A stretch of DNA of 49,561 nucleotides from a virus, in the IMG/VR virus record IMGVR_UViG_3300045988_174153; one strand, given 5' to 3'. Under the pieces are notes generated by a model. That model had not been told where the DNA came from, searched no databases, and saw only the letters and a program-made list of their open reading frames with translations. Both the position numbers and the translations under genes were made by a program. Shown here in pieces: positions 30,698 through 40,200 of the stretch; the first letter of the stretch is position 1, and each line of letters starts with the position of its first letter.

Positions 30698-31640
30698 GAG
30701 CACGAACACCAGCGTCCTAAAACCCGTTAAGGGCACACGCAAGTGGCTTGTGCGACTCATAACCGAGGGCCAGGGCTCGACCGGCGTCTATACGAAGGAA
30801 GCGCTGCAGGGTAGTTTCGCCGAGGCGTTCCCCGTCGGGACGCACATGTACATCGACCACGCTACCGAGGCTGAGACCGACGAGCGTCCCGAAGGCACGC
30901 TTACCAAGCTGGCGGCCGTGATTGCCGAGACGCCTCACTGGCAGGACGCGCCGGAGCCCGGGATGTACGCGACGATCGAAGTGGTCGAGCAGTGGGCGCC
31001 CTTCATCGAGCAGGTGTCGGATATCATCGGCGTGTCGATCCACTGCGGTGCGACGCTGGTCCAGGACGACGACCTCGTGACGGCGGGTGAACCCGCACCG
31101 CCTGTGATAGAGTCGTTCATACCGTCGCCCGTTAATTCCGTGGATTTCGTCACAGTTCCGGGTGCCGGCGGGCGCCTCGTCGAGGCTCTGGAATCGTTCA
31201 AAAACGGAAATGCTATTATGGACGGTAGCAACAAACACAATTCCGAAAGGAAGAGAATGGACACTGAGTTCAAGGAGGCCCTGGAGGCCCTGGACACTAA
31301 ACTCTCCGCTCTCGTCGAAGCCCTCGCCGATAAGGCCAAGAAGAAGGACGAAGAGGACGAAGAGGATGCCAAGAAGGCCAAGGAGGAAGAAGAGGACAAG
31401 GCCAAGAAGGCTAAGGAGGCCATCCTTGCTCTCGCCGATTCCGACCTTCCCGAGGTTTCCCGTGTGCGGGTAGCCGAGGCCATCTCCCGCGGCTATGACG
31501 CGAAGGCGATCCTGGACCGCGAGACCAAGCTCGTCGAATCCATCCGAGAGAGCCTGTCGGGCGGCTTCGCCCCTGAGCACGTGCCCTCCGGTAAGGGCGC
31601 CGACGACTTCGAAGCCGAATTCGCCAAGCTGACCTGGTAA
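30684..31640 (+). CDS. Scaffolding protein (possibly a protease-scaffold fusion)
   Basis: ATG after AAGGAGACACCGAAG. The C-terminal half is charged coiled coil (KKKDEEDEEDAKKAKEEEEDKAKKAKE). Located between portal and capsid genes. Confidence 0.55.
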   Translation: MKISESTNTSVLKPVKGTRKWLVRLITEGQGSTGVYTKEALQGSFAEAFPVGTHMYIDHATEAETDERPEGTLTKLAAVIAETPHWQDAPEPGMYATIEVVEQWAPFIEQVSDIIGVSIHCGATLVQDDDLVTAGEPAPPVIESFIPSPVNSVDFVTVPGAGGRLVEALESFKNGNAIMDGSNKHNSERKRMDTEFKEALEALDTKLSALVEALADKAKKKDEEDEEDAKKAKEEEEDKAKKAKEAILALADSDLPEVSRVRVAEAISRGYDAKAILDRETKLVESIRESLSGGFAPEHVPSGKGADDFEAEFAKLTW

Positions 31641-31652
31641 GGAGACCGCTTT

Positions 31653-32015
31653 ATGGCACAGAATCACGTCAAGGGTGGGGACACCTACGAAGTCCAGGTC
31701 GACGCCGCCGTCAAGTCGGGCGACGTCGTCGCCGTCGGCAAGGTCGGGGCCGTCGCCCTCACCTCCGCCACGCCTAAGGACGACAACAACTTCTATTCCA
31801 CGCTCGCATTCGAAGGCATCGCACACCTCGGGCTGGACGGATCCGTCAAGGTCGGGGACATCGTGACGATCGACGGCGCCACCGAGTCCGGCAAGGCCGC
31901 CAAGCCTGAGATCGCGGCCGACCCGAAGGGCAAGATCGTCGTCGGCTTCGTGCTCAACCCGTTGTCGAGCGCATCTACCAAGTACGCCGTCAAGCTCACC
32001 CAGGCTTGGCTCTAA
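31653..32015 (+). CDS. DUF2190-like head decoration/cement protein
   Basis: 120 aa with GD.V.VG..GAVAL...G..H.G pattern. Located directly upstream of the major capsid gene. Confidence 0.5.
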   Translation: MAQNHVKGGDTYEVQVDAAVKSGDVVAVGKVGAVALTSATPKDDNNFYSTLAFEGIAHLGLDGSVKVGDIVTIDGATESGKAAKPEIAADPKGKIVVGFVLNPLSSASTKYAVKLTQAWL

Positions 32016-32028
32016 GGAGGATATCTAC

Positions 32029-33123
32029 ATGGCGATCAACAAGAGGGAAGCCTACAAAGCGGGTATCCTGCTGCATAGGGCCCTTCACGCGGACGACATC
32101 CGTGTGCGCAATTCGGCCCGCAAGGACCTGAGCGAGGCCATCACCACGTCGGACCTTCCGGTCAACCTCGGCCCCACCATGAACAAGATCATGCAGGGCG
32201 AATACGAGCAGGTCCCGTCCAACTGGCGCGAGTGGGCCGACACCCTCGAAACCCCTGATTTCGAGACCGTGCCTTACTTCAGCTTCGACTTCACCGACGA
32301 CAACGTTCCGGTCCGCAAGGATGGCAAGGGCTACGTCGCACAGGGGCTACCCGCAGTCGGCGAGCTCGGCGAGTACCCGATCCTTGGTCTGAAGGCGGAA
32401 CAGTTCAAGCTGAAGCTCGCCAAGGCCGGCGTCCAGATCCCGCTCTCCTGGGAGACCCTGAAGCGCTACGGAGCCGACTGGAACCTGATCCCCCGAATCA
32501 CGAAGGAGCTCGGCCGGCGCGCCGCCAACCAGGAGTCCATCGAGGCGGCCCTTCAGCTCGTCCAGCCGACGGGCCTCAACACGACCAACTTCAAGGCTGC
32601 TAACAAGAACGTTCTGGCCGGCAACCCCGAGCTGAGCATCGAGGCGCTGGAGAAGGCGTTCGCACAGCTGGCCGTCACCAAGTACAACGGCAAGCGGATT
32701 ATCATGCCGACGAAGTTCAACCTGATCGTGCCTCCGGCTCTGGCGAGCCGCGCAGAGCAGATCATGAAGGTCGTCGAGATCCGCCGCCAGAACGGCACCG
32801 AGACCCAGGTGATGGGGAACACGGTGTCCGGGAAGGTCGCGAACGTATACGAGGTCCCCGAGCTCGCGCTCATCGCCGGCGATTACGCCGACAAGTGCTG
32901 GTTCCTCCTTCCTCCGAAGGGCACTATGCCCCGCAAGAACATCGTCAACGTGTTCCTGGAGGGCGAGACCGGGCCGAAGATCTTCGTCGAGAAGACGACG
33001 AACAGCTCCGAACTGGAGGGCTCGTTCGAGAACGACGCATACCGGACGAAGATCCGCCACCTCGTCAAGTCTGCTTTCATCGCCCCGGAGGGCACTCTGG
33101 CCTCCAGCGGTGCGGGCGCCTGA
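32029..33123 (+). CDS. Major capsid protein
   Basis: 364 aa, SD AAGGAGG, followed by a strong hairpin. Called from synteny. Confidence 0.75.
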   Translation: MAINKREAYKAGILLHRALHADDIRVRNSARKDLSEAITTSDLPVNLGPTMNKIMQGEYEQVPSNWREWADTLETPDFETVPYFSFDFTDDNVPVRKDGKGYVAQGLPAVGELGEYPILGLKAEQFKLKLAKAGVQIPLSWETLKRYGADWNLIPRITKELGRRAANQESIEAALQLVQPTGLNTTNFKAANKNVLAGNPELSIEALEKAFAQLAVTKYNGKRIIMPTKFNLIVPPALASRAEQIMKVVEIRRQNGTETQVMGNTVSGKVANVYEVPELALIAGDYADKCWFLLPPKGTMPRKNIVNVFLEGETGPKIFVEKTTNSSELEGSFENDAYRTKIRHLVKSAFIAPEGTLASSGAGA

Positions 33124-33143
33124 TAACGATACCCGACAAGGAT

Positions 33144-33176
33144 GGAAACCCCGCCCTCACAAGGGGCGGGGTTTCC
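33144..33176 (+). terminator. Hairpin after the capsid gene
   Basis: GGAAACCCCGCCC tcacaag GGGCGGGGTTTCC. Confidence 0.6.
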
Positions 33177-33196
33177 TGCAGTGGAAAGGAGCTGCG

Positions 33197-33556
33197 GTGC
33201 CCGACAAGCCGAAGATAACCGTGGAGGAGTTGAAGTTGTTCCTGCCCGGTATCGACCTGGACGCCAAGCTGCTCGAACGACTGTGCGCACTGTACACGAA
33301 CGTGTTCAAGGCTGCAGCTGCCGCTCTACGCGCCTACGCGGCGAAGCTCGTGTCGGAGGGCGGGGTCGAGAACGTCAAAGCGGACGACTTCACGCTGTCT
33401 GGCGGGGACAAGAACATTGAGGCCCTGCTCGCCCTGGCTGATAAATACGACGCACAGGGGGATGCGCTGGAGAACGGTGAGGGGCTCGTGCTCGTCCCGA
33501 TGAGGGGGGACGACGTGTTCGAGAGAGCGAGGGAGTTCCTTGGCCGGTATCTCTGA
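33197..33556 (+). CDS. Head-tail connector (gp6-like) protein
   Basis: GTG after GAAAGGAG. The N-terminus ITVEELKLFLPGIDLD.. is typical of connector/adaptor proteins. Confidence 0.55.
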   Translation: MPDKPKITVEELKLFLPGIDLDAKLLERLCALYTNVFKAAAAALRAYAAKLVSEGGVENVKADDFTLSGGDKNIEALLALADKYDAQGDALENGEGLVLVPMRGDDVFERAREFLGRYL

Positions 33557-33569
33557 GGGCCGCCTGGCC

Positions 33570-33953
33570 ATGGCGGCCAAACGCGTCGAGCGCTATATGG
33601 TTGACGAGGTGACTATCTATGACGGCAAGAACATCAAATACGACGCTAAGACTGACAGCTACGATTATGGCTCAGTCGTATATTCTGGGAAAGCGCGTAT
33701 ACAGCCGATACGCCAACCTGAGGTAGCGAACGACCAGATCGCACCCCAGACGACTAACCGTGTGCGCGTACAACTCCCCCGCTCGACGATGTCGCTTAAC
33801 ATACCGATGGCTGCACGCATCAAAGTAACGAAGACCCAGGATACTCCGCACATGGTCGGTTATCTGATGACGGTGTCAGCTGTGATCGACGCCTCGCAGT
33901 CGTTCGAGCGAACGATAATCTGCAACACGCCGATGAACAAAGCCGAGGTGTAG
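33570..33953 (+). CDS. Head closure / head-tail joining protein
   Basis: Called from synteny. Alternative TTG start at 33540. Confidence 0.5.
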   Translation: MAAKRVERYMVDEVTIYDGKNIKYDAKTDSYDYGSVVYSGKARIQPIRQPEVANDQIAPQTTNRVRVQLPRSTMSLNIPMAARIKVTKTQDTPHMVGYLMTVSAVIDASQSFERTIICNTPMNKAEV

Positions 33954-33955
33954 GT

Positions 33956-34396
33956 ATGAAAATCCGCACAAAGATCGGAGCTAACAAGTTCACGAAGTAC
34001 GCTAAGCGCATCCAGGACTTCAGGGAGTACGACTTGTTCGCCAACGTCATCGACAAGATTTCTGAGGAGATCCCGCCGGCTTTGCAGGAGACGATCGAGA
34101 AGACCCCGTCCGCTTTGGTACCGGGTAAGATAGGCCGTATCTGGACGAGCCATATGCACGACAGCGTGAGCGTCGTCGTGCCGGACAACGTGACGGTCGA
34201 GTACGGCTGGATAGAGGGATCCAACAAGTTCGACGGCGGTTGGGACCACGATTACATCCTCGGCCAGGAGTACGGCGATGATAGAGTGTGGGGCATGAAG
34301 GCCCTGGACAAGGTGGCGAAGCAGGTGAAGCTCGACGAGAAGACCCGCAAGGAGGTCTACACGGAGACTCGTCGTATCTGGAAATGGGGTAGGTAG
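33956..34396 (+). CDS. Neck/tail-completion protein (HK97 gp10-like position)
   Basis: Called from synteny. Confidence 0.45.
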   Translation: MKIRTKIGANKFTKYAKRIQDFREYDLFANVIDKISEEIPPALQETIEKTPSALVPGKIGRIWTSHMHDSVSVVVPDNVTVEYGWIEGSNKFDGGWDHDYILGQEYGDDRVWGMKALDKVAKQVKLDEKTRKEVYTETRRIWKWGR

Positions 34397-34399
34397 AAG

Positions 34400-34819
34400 G
34401 TGGCCAAATACATCGATGACATTATGGCGAAGGTCCGCGAGCTCTCCGGGGTGCCGCCCCAGAGGGTTGTCGAGGAGGTGGCGCTGCCGGACTTCGACGA
34501 AGGCCAGAAGATGCCGTACATCGCCGTCGTGTTCGGCACGCCCGGACATATCAGCCAGGCGACGAGCATCGTCTCCCAGCTCAACGACGGCTACCGGGTG
34601 TTCTTCCTGTGCCATGTGCGAGCCCTCACCGCACAGCACGCCCGCGAGATCGGAGAGAAGATCCTGTGGGGGCTCGTGGGCTTCGAGCCGGACAACAGCG
34701 GCGGGATCACGGTCCACGGCGGTCAGGGCTTGAATTACGCCGGGACCAACCACAAAGTGGTGCAGTGCGGCTACGAGCTCTACTGCTCCTTTATCACGAA
34801 CCTCAAAAACCGTATTTGA
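34400..34819 (+). CDS. Tail terminator-like protein
   Basis: Called from synteny. GTG start. Confidence 0.45.
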   Translation: MAKYIDDIMAKVRELSGVPPQRVVEEVALPDFDEGQKMPYIAVVFGTPGHISQATSIVSQLNDGYRVFFLCHVRALTAQHAREIGEKILWGLVGFEPDNSGGITVHGGQGLNYAGTNHKVVQCGYELYCSFITNLKNRI

Positions 34820-34832
34820 TAGGATGGTGTAT

Positions 34833-34991
34833 ATGGGCCTCTACAAAGACATGAACACCGGGGACGTCGGCACGTACCCGGATGACTTCGCTCAGTTCTT
34901 CGGGACGTTGGTGCCGATAACCGAGGAAGAGCCTTGTAGCGACTGTTTCATTGACAACGACAACGAGAAAAGGGGGAAGCACAGTGGCTAA
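34833..34991 (+). CDS. Possible 52-aa acidic protein
   Basis: Hand-translated MGLYKDMNTGDVGTYPDDFAQFFGTLVPITEEEPCSDCFIDNDNEKRGKHSG. It fills the gap before the tail tube gene and overlaps its GTG by 8 nt. Confidence 0.35.
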   Translation: MGLYKDMNTGDVGTYPDDFAQFFGTLVPITEEEPCSDCFIDNDNEKRGKHSG

Positions 34992-35523
34992 CGAAGTTCG
35001 CATGCTTCGCGGCAACGTGACTATTCTCTTCGCCGCTCCTGAGGCATTCGCTGACTGGCAGCATCCTACGGCGGCGGAGCTCAACGCACAGTTCAGTGCG
35101 ACCAACAACCCGCGCAACCTGGTGTTCAATGTGTCGTGTGCGATCCTGGACGGTTACTCGCTCGGAGAGACCGACCCCGACACGGACAATACCCGAACGA
35201 TCTGCGACATCTCCGAAGTGGAGAACCCCACCCTCGCCAAGTACGAGGGCAAGTTCACTGCGCTCAGGGATGAGAACGTGGACGACCAGGGTGTGTTCAA
35301 CATGATCCGGGACATCACGATGAAACCCGACATCACGCTGTTCATCGTGGAGCGCATCGGCAAGCGCCCGAACAAGCCGTTCGAAGTCGGCGATGTGTTC
35401 AGCATCTACCGCTTCCAGACCGACTACCCGGTCGACGGGTACGAGTCGAACGGCTTCATCAAGTACGAGCCGAACTTCCTTCAGAACGGCGCGTTCGTCC
35501 TCAACGAGAAGGTGGCCGCATAA
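34984..35523 (+). CDS. Major tail (tube) protein-like, paralogue 1
   Basis: GTG 34984 after AAGGGGGAAG. Position upstream of the chaperones and tape measure protein. Confidence 0.6.
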   Translation: MANEVRMLRGNVTILFAAPEAFADWQHPTAAELNAQFSATNNPRNLVFNVSCAILDGYSLGETDPDTDNTRTICDISEVENPTLAKYEGKFTALRDENVDDQGVFNMIRDITMKPDITLFIVERIGKRPNKPFEVGDVFSIYRFQTDYPVDGYESNGFIKYEPNFLQNGAFVLNEKVAA

Positions 35524-36272
35524 TGGATAAGAAAGTACTCTCCAACGAACACGTCAACGTCTGGGTCCTCCCCAAGGCGTCCGTGAAGGACATCAACGCC
35601 ATCACCGTGGAGGAAATGAACTCCGCTGTGGCTATCGGCGATGCCATCAACTGGGACGACACGACGATCCCAGCCGCCAAGGCGTCGAAGGAACAGTCGT
35701 CTCTGTCTCTGCTCGACGCCGCCGGTTCTTCTTCTCGCGGCGCCGCACAGTACGAGGGCTCACTCACGATGTACTACCCGACGAACCCCGACGACGCGAA
35801 CTCGATCTACGCGAAAGCGTGGAACATGTTCAAGAAAACCCGCGTCGACCTCGTTCTGGTTGTGCGCGGTGTCCTGAAGGGCCGTGAGCCCATCGCTGCC
35901 GGTCAGTGGTACTGTGCGTTCCTCATGATCGAGTCCACGTACAAGAACACACTGGAGGGCGACAACCCGACTCGTTACACGGTGTCGTTCCTGCAGCAGG
36001 GTCAGCTGGCTGTCAACGGGGTCTTCAAGGACGACACGACGGCTATTACTGATACGGAGAATCTGACGGTGTCCCTCAATGAGCACCGCCCGATCCTGCC
36101 GAAGATCCACGGCCATGTGGCCCGCTCCGTGTGCTCCTACCTGTCGAAGGACACCTCTACGGTGTCGGTCAGCCCGCTCGGCGTGGTGACCGGCCTGAAG
36201 GCAGGCAGTGCGGATGTCATCGTCAGCCACCCCGCTTGTGCGAATGTGACCGTCAAAGTGACTGTGGCATAG
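35523..36272 (+). CDS. Major tail protein with C-terminal Ig-like (Big_2-type) domain
   Basis: C-terminal VSVSPLGVVTGLKAGSADVIVSHPACANVTVKVTV. A strong terminator follows. Confidence 0.65.
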   Translation: MDKKVLSNEHVNVWVLPKASVKDINAITVEEMNSAVAIGDAINWDDTTIPAAKASKEQSSLSLLDAAGSSSRGAAQYEGSLTMYYPTNPDDANSIYAKAWNMFKKTRVDLVLVVRGVLKGREPIAAGQWYCAFLMIESTYKNTLEGDNPTRYTVSFLQQGQLAVNGVFKDDTTAITDTENLTVSLNEHRPILPKIHGHVARSVCSYLSKDTSTVSVSPLGVVTGLKAGSADVIVSHPACANVTVKVTVA

Positions 36273-36285
36273 CGCACACCTCAGC

Positions 36286-36324
36286 GAATAGCACAGGGCG
36301 TCTCCTCTCCGCCCTGTGCTATTC
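36286..36324 (+). terminator. 15-bp-stem terminator after the tail tube genes
   Basis: GAATAGCACAGGGCG tctcctctc CGCCCTGTGCTATTC followed by TTGTTT. Confidence 0.8.
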
Positions 36325-36369
36325 TTGTTTACGACGTTACCCTAACGCCCAACAGAGAGGATTTCAACT

Positions 36370-36837
36370 ATGGATATTTTCGAGGTGCTGTCTCGATCCA
36401 AGGCGCCGAAGGCTGAGAAGGTCGTGTACCTGGACGCCGAGGCGGTACAGGATGTGGAGCGGCTCATCAAAGAGCAGGCCGACGCCGACGTGATCAAGGA
36501 GGCGGTGAAGAGGCGTGACGCTTCCAAGCTGACGTTCCACCTTCAGTCGGTGACAGCCGATGTGCGCGAAGAGCTGATGATCGGCATCGAAAGCGCAGAC
36601 AAGACGAAGAACAAGACGAAGCGCGTGTCGGAGGCATACCTGGCGCTCCTGTCGAAGACGCTGTACAAGATCGAGGACGCCGAAGGAAATGTAGACGAGA
36701 GGAGGTTCAACTCTGAGGAGATTCGTAAGATCCTGAACGCTCTTCCCGGCGAACAGTATTTGGGTCTGCTTGTGGCGGCGATGAATCTTCTGGGTGCTTC
36801 CGCCGACTACGACAATGCGGTGACGGTGGATTTCTGA
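36370..36837 (+). CDS. Tail assembly chaperone (G-like)
   Basis: Position immediately upstream of the tape measure gene. 155 aa. Confidence 0.65.
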   Translation: MDIFEVLSRSKAPKAEKVVYLDAEAVQDVERLIKEQADADVIKEAVKRRDASKLTFHLQSVTADVREELMIGIESADKTKNKTKRVSEAYLALLSKTLYKIEDAEGNVDERRFNSEEIRKILNALPGEQYLGLLVAAMNLLGASADYDNAVTVDF

Positions 36838-36878
36838 TAGACGCCCTCCAAGACAAAGGGGGGAGCGGCGCTCTATCG

Positions 36879-37268
36879 ATGGTTAGGACGGCGGTGGACC
36901 TGCACATGAGGCCCACCGCCGTCATCTATAACCAGCCCGACCCTTTCGGGCATTGGACGGAACTGGACTATAAGCTTGTGTTGGCTTACAAGACGGTTAA
37001 GGACGAGACATGTCAGAAGTGTGGTAACCCTATCTGGCTATGTCATTCGAACGATCCTGATATAGCATGGCGCGCAGAAGATAGAACATGCTATGCTACT
37101 AAAGCAAGGATGATGCATGATTGGGTCAGCACACACCGCGCCACCGATCCGCCCCCCTACGAGGACAAGCAGAAATGGGGCAAGGACACTGTGATGACGC
37201 CGTACATGCCAGACTATGCGGAACGAGACCTGCCCACGAGGATGGACTACTACAACAGGAGTGAGTGA
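36879..37268 (+). CDS. Tail assembly chaperone T-like ORF (-1 frame relative to G; this frame is open from 36729)
   Basis: The frame is -1 relative to 36370..36837 and overlaps its last 108 nt without a stop. Contains CQKCGNPIWLC...C cysteines. Confidence 0.55.
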   Translation: MVRTAVDLHMRPTAVIYNQPDPFGHWTELDYKLVLAYKTVKDETCQKCGNPIWLCHSNDPDIAWRAEDRTCYATKARMMHDWVSTHRATDPPPYEDKQKWGKDTVMTPYMPDYAERDLPTRMDYYNRSE

Positions 37269-40200
37269 TGCCTGATATCAAGCAGACTATCGAGTTCAAC
37301 GTACAGGGTACGTCCGAACTCCATGAGGCTGCGGAATCCATCAACACTATCGCACAAGCCCTCGACAACATTAAGGGTAAGGTCGTCGGCGCCGACATCG
37401 GCAAAGGCCTGGACGGGGCCGGCCGAGGTGGGCGAGAAGCCGGGGAGGGTTTCGACAGGGCCGGCCGAGCCGCGGAAGAGGCGAAGTCGCGCATATCCAA
37501 CATGCGCTACGCCCTTTACGACGTGGCCGCCGTTATGCAGAACATCTCGAAGGCGACGATCGGCGCGTTCACCACCGTCGTCAAAGAGTCGATGGACTAC
37601 GAGTCGGCCTTCGCACAGGTGAAGAGAACCAACGACATCGCCGGGAAGTCTGCAGACGAGCTGCGTGGCAAACTCGAACAGATGGCCGCCTCCGTCACTA
37701 CGACGAACTTCAAGGACCTGTCGAACATCGCCGCCCTCGGCGGACAGCTGGGCGTCGCCAAAGAGTCCATCACCGACTTCACCGAGACGGTCGCGAAGCT
37801 GTCGGCAACCACCGACCTGTCGCTCGACAAGTCCGGTGAGACGATCGCGCGCTTCCAGACGATCATGGGCACGACCGGCCAGAACTTCGACAATATCGCC
37901 TCCTCGATCTTGAAGGTCGGCGTCAACTCGGCCGCGACGGAATCCCAGATCGCCAACACCTCGACGCAGATCTCCGCCATGGGCAAGTTCGCCGGAATGA
38001 CCGAATACCAGGTGGTCGGCTTGTCCGGCGCCCTGGCGTCGATCGGCGTCGCACCTGAGCTCTCCCGAGGCGTCATCACGCGTATGTTCACTCAGATGCA
38101 GAAAGCCATCCGGGGCGGCGGCGACGAGCTCAACCTGTTCGCGCGCGTGGCGGGGGTCTCCGCACAGGAAGTCCAGTCCGCGTGGGGCACCTCGAAGTTC
38201 AGCGACATCTTCGTCAAGTTCATCGCCGGGCTCAAGAACCAGGGCCAGGGTGCCATCGGGGTTCTCAAAGACCTCGGCATCAAAGCATCCCGCGACGTCC
38301 CGACGATCCTCCGTCTAGCCGAGGCGCACAAGACACTTGAACAGACGATGAAGGACGCCGAGTCAGGCTACAACGACTCGAAGACGCTCAACGACCAGTA
38401 CCAGCAGATCGCGTCCACCACGGCTGGCAAGTTGGAGATGCTGAAGAACTCCTGGGCGAACCTGAAGGCCGAGATCGGCCGTTCATCTAATTCGGGTATC
38501 GGCGACATGCTCGGTTCCCTTACCGGACTGGTGACGGTTCTGACGAACCTCGTGCAGAACCCTGCGGCGCAGTGGGTTGCCAAGCTGGCCGGCGCCTTCC
38601 TGACGGCCGGTGGAATCATGGCCGGCTACTACGCCAAGCAGGCTCTCGTGCTTGGCGGCGCCTACGCGTTGACGACGGCGCAGAGGTCGATGGGTATTGC
38701 GATGCAGCACCCCATCACGTCAATCCGCTCGCTTCTGTCCGCTCTCGCAGAGACCGTCAAGCTCTACAAGCTCTCGACGGTCTCCGTCAATGAACAGACC
38801 GGTGCCCTCTACAAGAACGCCGGCGCCGCTCGGGGCGCTGCCGCATCCCAGAGAGCGGCAGGCCAGGCCGCCGCTTCGCAGTCTGCAGCCGGGGCTGCAG
38901 CGGGTGGAGCGGGGCAAGCCGCCGGAGCGATGGGCACCGCGGAGAAAGCCACCTCGGGGCTCATGGGCGCCCTCAAAGGGCTTGCCGCAGGTGCCGGTAT
39001 ATCCCTGTTCTTCACGGGGCTTGCGAAGGTCACGGAGTCCTGGACGAAGAGATCCGAAGCGGCCAGGGCTGAAGCCAAGGCGCTTCAGCAGGCTCAAGCC
39101 GACCTCGCACAATCGGTGATGCAGGACACGAAGGCTTTCGAGGAGGGTGGCAGCGCGGCCTACGTGTTCGCGAAGGCTACCAACAAGGCCGGCGAGTCCA
39201 TGTCCTCGCAGCTGTTCTCCACGTCGGATGCCAACGCCCAGACGAAGGCTCTAGCGCAGGCACAGGAACTCCTCGCACAGAAAACCGGGCAGTCGACCGA
39301 CGAAATATCGAAGCAGACGTATGCGATCGGCGAGAACTCGCTGAAGAAGATGGCCGAGCAGATAGCCGGCAACACGGGCTTCAAGCAGTTCGGCGACGAG
39401 CAGCTGGCCACACTGCGTCAGATGGGCTTCTCCGTCCAGGAGTACTCGAAGCTCGTCACGCAGGGCAACTCGGAGATGACAGACTCGCAGAAGAAGCTCG
39501 CAGAGCTCTACCGTCAGAACGGTTTCGGTTCTATAGCCGACGACATCGAACGCAGCACCCAGAAGTCCAGCCAGTACATCGACTCGTTCAAGAACAAGAT
39601 CCAGGAGATGGTGGCCTCCGGTAAGATCTCTTGGTTCGACGGCGAGAAGATCCTCGACACGCTGAAGAAGATCGACGACAACGCGCACCAGACGTTCGAC
39701 GGTGTGCGCAATGAGTCCGACCTAGCTGCGCAGACCATGAAGGGCCTGAAGGGCGACACGGCCGACGCCGCGGACGAGATGGACAACATGGGCGAGAAGG
39801 CCGACAAGGCGGCCAAGGAGCTCAAGAAGGTCGTCGACTCCGCGCTGTCCGGAGACGAAGCGTTCGTCAACCTCGAAGACGCCGTCGCCAACTTGGGCGA
39901 AAGCCTGTACAAGAATGGCATGAACTTCGACGAGTTCTCGGAGGCCGGCAGGTCCAACCTGAAGGCACTCTATGCGGTTGTGCGTCAAGCCGCAGAGGCT
40001 TCCGGCGGGGACGCCGAGGTGATGAACGCCTATATCCAGCAGATTATGCAGCTGCTGCGCAGCCACGGCGTCGGCTCCGTGCAGGTGCTGGAGAGGGTCG
40101 AGCAGCGTTTGCACGCCGTGGCCAACAAGGCGACGCAGTCGGCGAACCAGATTTCGAAGGCCGCTGTCCTCGCACAGAAGGCAGGCAACGCGATCGGCAT

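Noticed and set aside
30717-31826. 369-aa minus-strand ORF antisense to the scaffold gene. Similar long antisense ORFs lie at 26901..27722, 33860..34753, 5202..6338, 32347..33060 and 40721..41491.
   Set aside because: These are typical GC-rich antisense open frames with Arg/Leu/Val/His-rich low-complexity composition. They lack SDs and conflict with sense-strand genes that are supported by motifs or synteny.
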